Assembly (NCBI GenBank): GCA_019455045.1
Contig: JACFND010000001.1
Span: 22,023-86,022 of the forward strand
DNA from: Flavobacteriia bacterium
Lineage (GTDB): Bacteria; Bacteroidota; Bacteroidia; Flavobacteriales; Weeksellaceae
Direction: 5' to 3'
Length of the DNA: 64,000 nucleotides
Part shown: positions 57,014 to 64,000 of the stretch, in pieces
Position numbering within the stretch: position 1 is the stretch's first letter
Layout of the letters: each line of letters begins with the position of its first letter
Program-made: the position numbers and the translations under genes
Notes under the pieces: generated by a model
Told to the model about the DNA's origin: nothing
Databases searched by the model: none
The model's input: the letters and a program-made list of their open reading frames with translations, nothing else

Positions 57014-57642
57014 TCCCGCCGCCTGATTGGCAGCCCGATCCAATTCCAAAAAAATCTGAAAAACCCAAAAAAGAAGAACCCAAACCGGCACAGGACAAGC
57101 CTGTCGGAGAATCCCCGCAGGAAATTCAGAAACCCGAAGAACTCAAACCGGTCAGGGTGAGCAAACCTTTGGGAGCAAAACCTGAGACTGCGTTCAATCT
57201 GAAAAATCTGTTTGACAGTGTTGAATCTGAAAATTCGGAATCTGCTGACAACAGTGAAAAAGCTGCTGATGAATTCAGTTTTGAAACGCTCGAAAATCAT
57301 TGGAAAGAATTTTTGGAGAAACTGAACGTCGAAAATAAGATTGTGAGTTTCAATGCGCTTCAGTCGGGAAAACTCGTTTTAAAAGATGATTTTAAAATTG
57401 AAATTGAATTCAATTCTTCCACTCTGATATTTGAATTTGAACAAATCAAAGACAGACTGACCCTGTTCCTTCGCGAAAAACTCAACAATGAGGTGTTCGA
57501 ACTCATTCCGGTTGAGGTCGAGGGCAGATCTGTGAATTATATCAAATCCAAGGCTGAGATATTCAAAGAGATGGCCGAACGCAATCCGAACCTATTAAAA
57601 TTAAAAAACGAATTGGGATTGGACTATAATTCTAATGATTGA
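57001..57642 (+). CDS. dnaX: Tau C-terminal extension in the -1 frame (Pro/Lys/Glu linker plus folded C-domain); includes track ORF 57157-57642
   Basis: Open from AAG 57001 to TGA 57642, closed upstream by TAA at 56992-56994; ends MAERNPNLLKLKNELGLD. Confidence 0.75.
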   Translation, partial: KFRIIPPPDWQPDPIPKKSEKPKKEEPKPAQDKPVGESPQEIQKPEELKPVRVSKPLGAKPETAFNLKNLFDSVESENSESADNSEKAADEFSFETLENHWKEFLEKLNVENKIVSFNALQSGKLVLKDDFKIEIEFNSSTLIFEFEQIKDRLTLFLREKLNNEVFELIPVEVEGRSVNYIKSKAEIFKEMAERNPNLLKLKNELGLDYNSND

Positions 57643-57682
57643 CAATAAATTATTTCGTAAACTTGCCGAAAATTTCTATAGA

Positions 57683-58579
57683 ATGAAAAAAATAATTTCA
57701 ACTGTGATTTTGGCTGCTGTTATTGTTGGTTGCAACAAATCGGGCGGTTCAATTTCACAAGGAACCGACAAATTGCAGAACGATGATCAGAAAGCAGGTT
57801 ATGCTTACGGTATGAACATCGGTGACCAGGTAAAAAAATATTCAATCCAGATGGGCGCGGACAGTCTGAATTTCAAAGAAATTGAAAGAGGATTGACTGA
57901 TTTTCTGAAAAACAATGCAAAGACAAGAGATTCTTATGCGACCGGACAGAACATCGGTATGTCTATCGCCAACTTCCTGAAGAACAACGATCTCGATGGC
58001 GTGATTGATGAGAAATTCATCATTCAGGGTCTGATGGACGAGCTGAACGGAAAAACAACCCTTTTCCCGATGGATTCGGTGAATTCGTTTATGACCAATT
58101 ATATGCAGACCATCGGTGATAAAATCAAAACCAAAAATCAGGAGGAATCAGCCAAATTCATGGCTCAGAAGAAAACTGACAAAAATGTAAAATCAACCGA
58201 CAGCGGACTGCTTTATGAAGTGATCAAAGAAGGTGACGGTGCAGTTCCGGAGCCGGGTGCAACCGTTGAAGTTGAATACAAAGGAATGGGTCTGGACGGA
58301 AAAGTTTTTGACCAGTCAGAAAAAGGAAAACCGATCAAACTGAATCTGAACGGAGTAATCAAAGGATGGCAGGAAGGCCTTCAGCTGATGAAAACCGGTT
58401 CGAAATACAAATTCTACATTCCTTCAGAATTGGGCTATGGCGAATTTGGAAGTCCGGACGGAAAAATCAAACCAAATGCAGCTTTGATTTTCGAAGTTGA
58501 ACTGGTTTCTGTTGAACAGCCTCAGAAATTGGATCCTGCAAATATGCCTCAGATTCCTGATGTAGCTCCCGGACAATAA
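57683..58579 (+). CDS. FKBP-type peptidyl-prolyl isomerase lipoprotein (FkpA-like)
   Basis: Lipobox IVGC, YAYGMNIG N-domain, SGLLYEV, VIKGWQEGL, IPSELGYG, LIFEVEL. Confidence 0.92.
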   Translation: MKKIISTVILAAVIVGCNKSGGSISQGTDKLQNDDQKAGYAYGMNIGDQVKKYSIQMGADSLNFKEIERGLTDFLKNNAKTRDSYATGQNIGMSIANFLKNNDLDGVIDEKFIIQGLMDELNGKTTLFPMDSVNSFMTNYMQTIGDKIKTKNQEESAKFMAQKKTDKNVKSTDSGLLYEVIKEGDGAVPEPGATVEVEYKGMGLDGKVFDQSEKGKPIKLNLNGVIKGWQEGLQLMKTGSKYKFYIPSELGYGEFGSPDGKIKPNAALIFEVELVSVEQPQKLDPANMPQIPDVAPGQ

Positions 58580-58597
58580 TCTGATTTGAAAATATTG

Positions 58598-58627
58598 AAA
58601 AAGCCATCCGAAAAGATGGCTTTTTTT
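58598..58627 (+). terminator. Intrinsic terminator
   Basis: AAAAAGCCATC-cgaaaa-GATGGCTTTTT. Confidence 0.8.
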
Positions 58628-58654
58628 ATGGATTCCGCTTAAATTTAGTTTTGA

Positions 58655-58662
58655 TAAATTTG
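58655..58662 (+). promoter_or_regulatory. -7 box (TAAATTTG) of nadD
   Basis: TAnnTTTG 4 nt upstream of the ATG; leaderless-like spacing, uncertain. Confidence 0.45.
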
Positions 58663-58666
58663 CAAA

Positions 58667-59239
58667 ATGAAAACAGGTTTGTTTTTTGGTTCTTTCAATC
58701 CGATTCATGTCGGTCATCTGATCATAGCCAACCACATCTGCGAATTTTCGGATTTGGACCAGGTTTGGTTTGTGGTTTCGCCACAGAATCCGTTCAAAGA
58801 AAAATCAAGTCTTGCAAATGACTATGACCGGCTTCATCTGGTCAATCTCGCCATCGAAGATTTTCCGAATCTCAGGGCTTCAAACATCGAATTCGGTTTG
58901 CCGCAGCCGTCGTACACCATTGATACACTGACTGTTCTCAAAGAAAAATATCCCGATCATGATTTCTCGATCATCATGGGTGCCGACAATCTGACCAATT
59001 TTAAAAAATGGAAAAATTATGAACAGATTCTGAAACATTATTCGGTTTATGTTTATCCGCGGATCGGTGCAGAAACCAAGGAATGGAAAGATCATCCTAA
59101 AATCAGTTTTGTTGACGCGCCGATTGTTGAGATTTCTTCCACATTTATCAGACAGTCATTCAAAGACGGCAAAGATCCGCATGCAATGCTGCCCGACCGG
59201 GTTTGGAAATATCTGGAAGGTAGTTCGATGTATCAGTGA
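58667..59239 (+). CDS. nadD: Nicotinate-nucleotide adenylyltransferase
   Basis: FFGSFNPIHVGH, SPQNPFK, SYTIDTL, IMGADN, ISSTFIR. Confidence 0.96.
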   Translation: MKTGLFFGSFNPIHVGHLIIANHICEFSDLDQVWFVVSPQNPFKEKSSLANDYDRLHLVNLAIEDFPNLRASNIEFGLPQPSYTIDTLTVLKEKYPDHDFSIIMGADNLTNFKKWKNYEQILKHYSVYVYPRIGAETKEWKDHPKISFVDAPIVEISSTFIRQSFKDGKDPHAMLPDRVWKYLEGSSMYQ

Positions 59240-59243
59240 AATT

Positions 59244-59474
59244 TTATTTTTTCAATTTCTTCAAACCGGTTAAAATTTCTTCAAGTCCGTTGGTTTTGAT
59301 TTCATACAGTGTTGCCAGCTGCATGCCGAGTTTTCCGGCCGGAAAGCCTTTTGAAGCAAACCATTCCAGATAATAAACCGGCAGATCGCAGAGTTTCCAG
59401 CCTTTGTATTTTCCAAACGGCATTTCGGCAGTCACCAGGCTGCTCAGTATTTCGGGCTGTAGTCCTTCGATCAT
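59244..59474 (-). CDS. DUF3820-family small protein
   Basis: MPFGKYKG...DLPVYYLEWF...GFP.GKLG...YEIKTNGLE. Confidence 0.85.
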   Translation of the reverse strand: MIEGLQPEILSSLVTAEMPFGKYKGWKLCDLPVYYLEWFASKGFPAGKLGMQLATLYEIKTNGLEEILTGLKKLKK

Positions 59475-59475
59475 T

Positions 59476-59853
59476 TTATTCTTTTTTCTGATAATTGATA
59501 TAACCGTCCTTCAAATTTGCAACATTTTTAAAACCTGCAGACTCCATTTTTTCAGTGGCTGCGGTGCTTCTTTTTCCGGATCTGCAATACAGATAATAAT
59601 TCTTTTTCGGGTCGAGTTTTTTGATTTCTTTTTCAAAATCGGGCGAATTCACATCAATGTTGATTGCATCCGGCAGATGGCCTTCTTCATATTCCTGAGC
59701 CGTTCTCACATCGATCAGCACATTGTCTTTGTTTGTAAAATCAACCTGATCCGCCTGATTGACAGATGAAATATTTGCCAAAGGTTGCTGAACATGACAG
59801 CTCGCAAGAAAAAACAGAAACATTGCGAGAGCGATTATATTTTTCATTTTCAT
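59476..59853 (-). CDS. Rhodanese-domain lipoprotein (start about 59853/59847)
   Basis: Lipobox LASC, LIDVRT..EY.EGHL..AINI, active-site YCRSGKRS. Confidence 0.88.
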   Translation of the reverse strand: MKMKNIIALAMFLFFLASCHVQQPLANISSVNQADQVDFTNKDNVLIDVRTAQEYEEGHLPDAINIDVNSPDFEKEIKKLDPKKNYYLYCRSGKRSTAATEKMESAGFKNVANLKDGYINYQKKE

Positions 59854-59966
59854 TTGATTTTTTTCGAATTGTAAATTTAGACCGATACAATTCCTTATCC
59901 AAATCAAAACGAATTGAAATTTTATTCAATGAATTTTCGGAATGATTTTCAATTCTGTATTTTATT

Positions 59967-59974
59967 TAATTTTG
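59967..59974 (+). promoter_or_regulatory. -7 box (TAATTTTG) of the GroES-like gene
   Basis: TAnnTTTG 5 nt upstream of ATG 59980. Confidence 0.45.
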
Positions 59975-59979
59975 CATCA

Positions 59980-60351
59980 ATGGATACAACTGAGAATCTG
60001 ATTATCATCGGCGACCGTGTGCTCATCAAACCCAAATCTGAAGAAAACAAGACCAAATCGGGTCTGTATCTTCCGCCGGGTGTAAAAGAAAAAGAAGAGA
60101 TCAAATACGGTTATGTGGTCAAAACCGGACCCGGCTATGCGGTTTCTTTTGACGAGATGGATGAACCCTGGAAGATGAACGAAGAAAAGGCGAAATACAT
60201 TCCGCTTCAGGTGAAGGAAGGCGATTTGGCGATTTTTTTGGTCAAAGCCGCCTATGAGATTCTTTATCAGGATGAAAAATACTATATTGTTCCCCAATCG
60301 GGCATACTCATGATCGAGCGTGACGAAAGCCTTTTTAATGATTTAATTTAA
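59980..60351 (+). CDS. Stand-alone GroES/Cpn10-like co-chaperonin
   Basis: GDRVLIKP, KTKSGLYLP mobile loop, GYVVKTGPG, PLQVKEGD; no adjacent groEL. Confidence 0.85.
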   Translation: MDTTENLIIIGDRVLIKPKSEENKTKSGLYLPPGVKEKEEIKYGYVVKTGPGYAVSFDEMDEPWKMNEEKAKYIPLQVKEGDLAIFLVKAAYEILYQDEKYYIVPQSGILMIERDESLFNDLI

Positions 60352-60366
60352 CCGAGAATTACAGAT

Positions 60367-61233
60367 ATGAATCTTTATCCGATAGAAACCGGAAACTTCA
60401 AACTGGACGGCGGCGCCATGTTTGGAATCGTGCCCAAAGGAATTTGGCAAAAAACAAATCCGGCAGATGCACAAAACAAAATTGAGCTCGCAATGCGCGC
60501 ACTGCTCATCGAAGACGGCGACCGTCTGATCCTGATTGACTGCGGGATCGGCAGCAAACAGTCAGAAAAGTTTTTCAGTTATTACGATCTGTGGGGAGAT
60601 TATGATCTGCAGACTTCGCTGGCGCAATACGGTTTTTCAAAAGACGATGTCACCGATGTATTTCTGACCCATCTTCATTTTGACCATTGCGGCGGAGCAG
60701 TCGAACTCGACGAGAGCGGAGGCGGTTACCGGCTGACTTTTAAAAATGCAAGATATTGGAGCAATCAGGCGCATTGGGATTGGGCAACTCAGCCGAATGC
60801 AAGGGAAAAGGCATCTTTTCTGCCCGAAAATTTTCTGATGATCAAAGAATCGGGTCAGCTGAATTTCATCGATCTGCCCAAAGAAGGAAATTTTCTCAAA
60901 GATTCACCGCTTGGTTTCGACATCATCTTTGCTGACGGACATACCGACAAACAGATGCTTCCGGTAATTGGTTACAAAGGCAAAAAAATCGTTTATGTCG
61001 CCGATCTGGTGCCGACTGTCGGACATATTCCGCTGGTTTATGTGATGGGTTATGACACGCGTCCGCTGTTGACGCTTGCTGAAAAAGACGATTTTCTGAA
61101 AAGAGCCGTCCGGGAAGACTATCTGTTTTTCTTTGAGCACGACCCGTACAGAGAGTTGGCGAAGGTAGTGGAAACCGAAAAAGGAGTTCGTCTGGATTCC
61201 ACTTTTTCGTTTACAGAAGTTTTCGGTCTCTGA
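60367..61233 (+). CDS. Metallo-beta-lactamase-fold hydrolase
   Basis: LDGGAMFG, THLHFDHCGG (HxHxDH), GHT, ADL, FEHD. Confidence 0.92.
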   Translation: MNLYPIETGNFKLDGGAMFGIVPKGIWQKTNPADAQNKIELAMRALLIEDGDRLILIDCGIGSKQSEKFFSYYDLWGDYDLQTSLAQYGFSKDDVTDVFLTHLHFDHCGGAVELDESGGGYRLTFKNARYWSNQAHWDWATQPNAREKASFLPENFLMIKESGQLNFIDLPKEGNFLKDSPLGFDIIFADGHTDKQMLPVIGYKGKKIVYVADLVPTVGHIPLVYVMGYDTRPLLTLAEKDDFLKRAVREDYLFFFEHDPYRELAKVVETEKGVRLDSTFSFTEVFGL

Positions 61234-61264
61234 TAATTTAAATTCAGTCCGCAGAAAATTTTTG

Positions 61265-61272
61265 TACTTTTG
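61265..61272 (+). promoter_or_regulatory. -7 box (TACTTTTG) of the PSP1-gldH-PBP1a operon
   Basis: TAnnTTTG 22 nt upstream of ATG 61295. Confidence 0.6.
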
Positions 61273-61294
61273 TGGGTTAGATAAGATTAACAAT

Positions 61295-62593
61295 ATGGCG
61301 TGTGAAAATTGCGGATCCGGCAGTGACGGATCAAAAGGCTGCAGCAGCGGTTCCTGCGGGTCATCCTGCGGATCGGGTGCCGGCCACGGAAAGCTCGACG
61401 TCTTCGACTGGCTTTCAAATATGCGCCTGCCAAACGGACAACAGATATTTGATTGTGTTGAAGTCCGTTTTAAAAATGACAGAAAGGCTTTTTTCAGAAA
61501 TGTAAATAATCTGTCTCTCTATGTGGGAGACACCGTTGCGGTTGAAGCCCAAAGCGGACACGATATAGGAACGGTCACGCTGACCGGAGAACTGGTGAGA
61601 ATCCAGATGAAAAAGAAAAGAGTAAAAGAAGATTCGGAAGATGTGCGAAAAGTATATCGGAAAGCGAATCAGAAAGACATAGAAGTCTGGCAGGCAGCGA
61701 GAGAAAGAGAGGAGGACGTAAAAATAAGGGCAAGAAAGATTGCAAGAGGTCTCGGACTTGAAATGAAAATCAGCGATGTTGAATTTCAGGGTGACGGAAC
61801 CAAAGCGATATTTTATTATACGGCAGAAGGAAGGGTTGACTTCAGACAGCTGATCAAGGATTTTGCGGCTAATTTCAGGATACGGATCGAGATGAAGCAG
61901 ATCGGTTATCGGCAGGAAGCTGCTAAGATCGGAGGTATCAGTTCGAGCGGACGCGAACTCTGCTGTTCGACATGGCTGACCGATTTCAGATCGGTGAGTA
62001 CATCGGCGGCGAGATATCAGCAGTTGGCGATCAATCCTCAGAAACTGGCGGGTCAGTGCGGCAAACTGAAATGCTGTCTGAATTACGAACTCGATTCCTA
62101 TCTGGATGCACTCAAAGATTTTCCGTCGATGGAAAGTACATTCGAAACCGAAAAAGGAACGGCTTCCTGTGTCAAAATCGATGTATTCAAAAAGGAAATG
62201 TGGTTCAGCTATCAGAACGGCGGCATGAACTGGGTCAAATTGTCTGTGGATCTGGCAAAAGAACTGATCGAAAAAGGAAGCAACGGCGGTAAAACGCCTG
62301 CGCTTGAAGATTTGGCAAAAGATTTGACAGAAGACGTGAAGCGTGATTTTATGGATGTCATTCAGGAAAATTCACTTGAACGATTTGAAAGAAAGAATCA
62401 GAAAAGAAGAAGAAAACCGGGTGGCGGCAAACCGAATTCAAAACACGGAAAAGAAGAACATTCCGGCAAAGAAGGCGGGCGGCCAAATGACAGAGGGCCA
62501 AAATCTGACAGAGAAAGGAAAAATAAAAAATTTAAACCAAAAAATAAAGGAGACAATCGTGGATCATCCAACCGTAAAGAAGGGAATCAGTAA
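61295..62593 (+). CDS. ricT: PSP1-domain protein (RicT/YaaT family) with Cys-rich N-terminus and basic tail
   Basis: VEVRFK, DVEFQGDG, RVDFRQL, IGYRQEA, LCCSTW, KLAGQCGKLKCCLNYE. Confidence 0.88.
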   Translation: MACENCGSGSDGSKGCSSGSCGSSCGSGAGHGKLDVFDWLSNMRLPNGQQIFDCVEVRFKNDRKAFFRNVNNLSLYVGDTVAVEAQSGHDIGTVTLTGELVRIQMKKKRVKEDSEDVRKVYRKANQKDIEVWQAAREREEDVKIRARKIARGLGLEMKISDVEFQGDGTKAIFYYTAEGRVDFRQLIKDFAANFRIRIEMKQIGYRQEAAKIGGISSSGRELCCSTWLTDFRSVSTSAARYQQLAINPQKLAGQCGKLKCCLNYELDSYLDALKDFPSMESTFETEKGTASCVKIDVFKKEMWFSYQNGGMNWVKLSVDLAKELIEKGSNGGKTPALEDLAKDLTEDVKRDFMDVIQENSLERFERKNQKRRRKPGGGKPNSKHGKEEHSGKEGGRPNDRGPKSDRERKNKKFKPKNKGDNRGSSNRKEGNQ

Positions 62594-63059
62594 GCTGTTT
62601 CCGATTTTTGCAGCCGCTCTGTTCTTTGTGCAGTGTGAATCTCCTCATTATTATCAGGAGCTGAGATCGACCGGCGGCAATTGGGATAAGAGTACACCAT
62701 TGGATTATGAATTTGAGATCAGTGATACGGCTGCGCTTTATGATTTCTATCTTTTGAGCAGAAACAACAACCAATATCCGTACAGCAATCTGTATCTGAT
62801 CACAGAGTTCAGCAATCCGGCGGGTGACAAATTCAATGATACGCTTCAGTATTTTCTTTCCTTTCCGGACGGCGAATGGATCGGAAACGGAAACAGTCTG
62901 AAGGAATTGTTTCTTTTGTACAGAGAAAATATCTCGTTTAAAGATACAGGAAATTATAAACTGAAGGTCTGGCAGGGGATGAGGGAAGACCGGCTTGCCG
63001 GAATTGAAGATCTGAGCCTGATCGTTGATAAAAAAGCAAAAGATGGCAAAACAAAATAA
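62559..63059 (+). CDS. gldH: Gliding/T9SS-associated lipoprotein GldH (start probably GTG 62559)
   Basis: Hydrophobic signal then VQC, RNNNQYPYSNLYLI, DTLQY, GEWIG.G, QGMRE..L.GI.D; conserved PSP1-gldH-PBP1a order. Confidence 0.85.
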   Translation: MDHPTVKKGISKLFPIFAAALFFVQCESPHYYQELRSTGGNWDKSTPLDYEFEISDTAALYDFYLLSRNNNQYPYSNLYLITEFSNPAGDKFNDTLQYFLSFPDGEWIGNGNSLKELFLLYRENISFKDTGNYKLKVWQGMREDRLAGIEDLSLIVDKKAKDGKTK

Positions 63060-64000
63060 CTTATCTGAAAAAAAGAAAAAGCAGCCGCGAGTCTTTTCGC
63101 TGAAAAGAATGCTGCTGATGGTCTGGGGACTCTTTATGATCGGCATACTGTCCGTATTTCTGCTTTTCTGGGTGACTTCGAAAGGCTGGCTGGGTGAAAT
63201 GCCTGATGTACAGGAACTCGAAAATCCGGATATCTATGTTTCATCCGAAATTTATTCATCGGACGGCGTACTGCTCGATCGTTTTGAAACCGAAAAAAGG
63301 ATTCCTATTTCTTACAAAGAATTACCCGAAAATCTTGTCAATGCACTGCTTGCAAGAGAAGATATTCGATTCAGAAAGCATTCGGGAATCGATCCGAGAG
63401 GAACGATGCGTGCGATTTTTGGCGGCGGAAGCAAAGGAGGTGCGAGTACCATCACCCAGCAGCTGGCAAAATTGCTGTTTACCGGAAAAAGATCGCAAAG
63501 CAAAATCGGAAGAGCATTTCAGAAACTGAAAGAATGGATTGTTGCCGTTGAATTGGAAAAGAGATACACAAAAGAAGAAATCATTTCGATGTATCTGAAC
63601 AAATTTGATTTTATCTACAATGCAAACGGAGTTGAACTCGCTTCAAAAGTTTATTTTAATACCACCACAGAAAAACTGACGCTTGACCAGTCTGCAATGT
63701 TGGTCGCCATGCTGAAAAATCCGGTTTTGTACAATCCGCTGAGATTTCCGGACAAAGCATTGAACGAAAGAAATATAGTGATCAATCAGATGCAGAAATA
63801 TAAATTTCTGACCAAAGAGGAAGCTGAAGCCGCAAAGGCTAAGCCGCTCAAAACCGATCATCAGGAAATCAACAGCATCAGCGAATCTTATTCGGCTTAT
63901 TACAAACACGAATTAAGAAGAGAAATCGAAGCTTATCTTGCCAATCTTGAAAAAGAAACCGGCAAAAAATACAATTTGTACAAAGACGGTCTGAAGATTT
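63043..64000 (+). CDS. mrcA: Class A penicillin-binding protein 1A, transglycosylase domain (runs off the window; absent from the track)
   Basis: Manual translation from ATG 63043: MAKQNNLSEK..., TM helix, EDIRFRKHSG, GASTITQQLAK, RKLKE-like QKLKEW, MYLN. Confidence 0.9.
   Translation, partial: MAKQNNLSEKKKKQPRVFSLKRMLLMVWGLFMIGILSVFLLFWVTSKGWLGEMPDVQELENPDIYVSSEIYSSDGVLLDRFETEKRIPISYKELPENLVNALLAREDIRFRKHSGIDPRGTMRAIFGGGSKGGASTITQQLAKLLFTGKRSQSKIGRAFQKLKEWIVAVELEKRYTKEEIISMYLNKFDFIYNANGVELASKVYFNTTTEKLTLDQSAMLVAMLKNPVLYNPLRFPDKALNERNIVINQMQKYKFLTKEEAEAAKAKPLKTDHQEINSISESYSAYYKHELRREIEAYLANLEKETGKKYNLYKDGLKI

Noticed and set aside
62343-62558. 72-aa N-terminal extension of GldH in the ORF track
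   Set aside because: It overlaps the ricT coding tail in another frame; the lipoprotein signal starts only near 62559
1-64000. Apparent abundance of GATC/CGATCG as a HIP1-like signature
   Set aside because: An impression only; it needs observed/expected k-mer counts, and ATC/GAT codon preference could explain it

Overview
Core-chromosome window from a Bacteroidota (Flavobacteriales) bacterium. The assignment rests on repeated TAnnTTTG -7 promoter boxes, gldKLMN and gldH, and the topA-arginase-like-gldK gene order. A Weeksellaceae-like placement is an unverified inference. Left to right: end of a DUF3307-type membrane protein; a dipeptidyl-peptidase IV plus two POT peptide transporters; pabA-pabB; a complete 14-gene nuoA-N complex I operon; rplU-rpmA-tRNA-Arg(CCT); a miaB/sigma54-activator/lptE operon with small cargo genes (four-helix-bundle, truncated DUF1016, frameshifted hypothetical, ORF6N) at its gene junctions; topA, an arginase-fold protein and T9SS gldKLMN; a four-gene polysaccharide locus (aminotransferase, dehydratase, wza, wzc); folC; an amidohydrolase; an ECF sigma module; an M16 protease; an amino-acid permease; a PD40-M28-PDZ fusion; dnaX split at an A10 run; FKBP, nadD, DUF3820, rhodanese, GroES-like, MBL hydrolase, PSP1/RicT, gldH and a partial PBP1a. 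I saw no integrase, transposase, CRISPR array or rRNA. Most interesting observations: (1) a four-helix-bundle (23S-IVS-like) gene enclosed by inverted GTTTCA(A/G) heptamer arrays able to form a ~31-bp stem; (2) dnaX whose default product is the short gamma-like form, with full-length tau needing recoding; (3) L21 fused to an unrecognised ~70-aa C-terminal domain; (4) a 213-bp inverted triple-hairpin repeat showing compensatory base changes.
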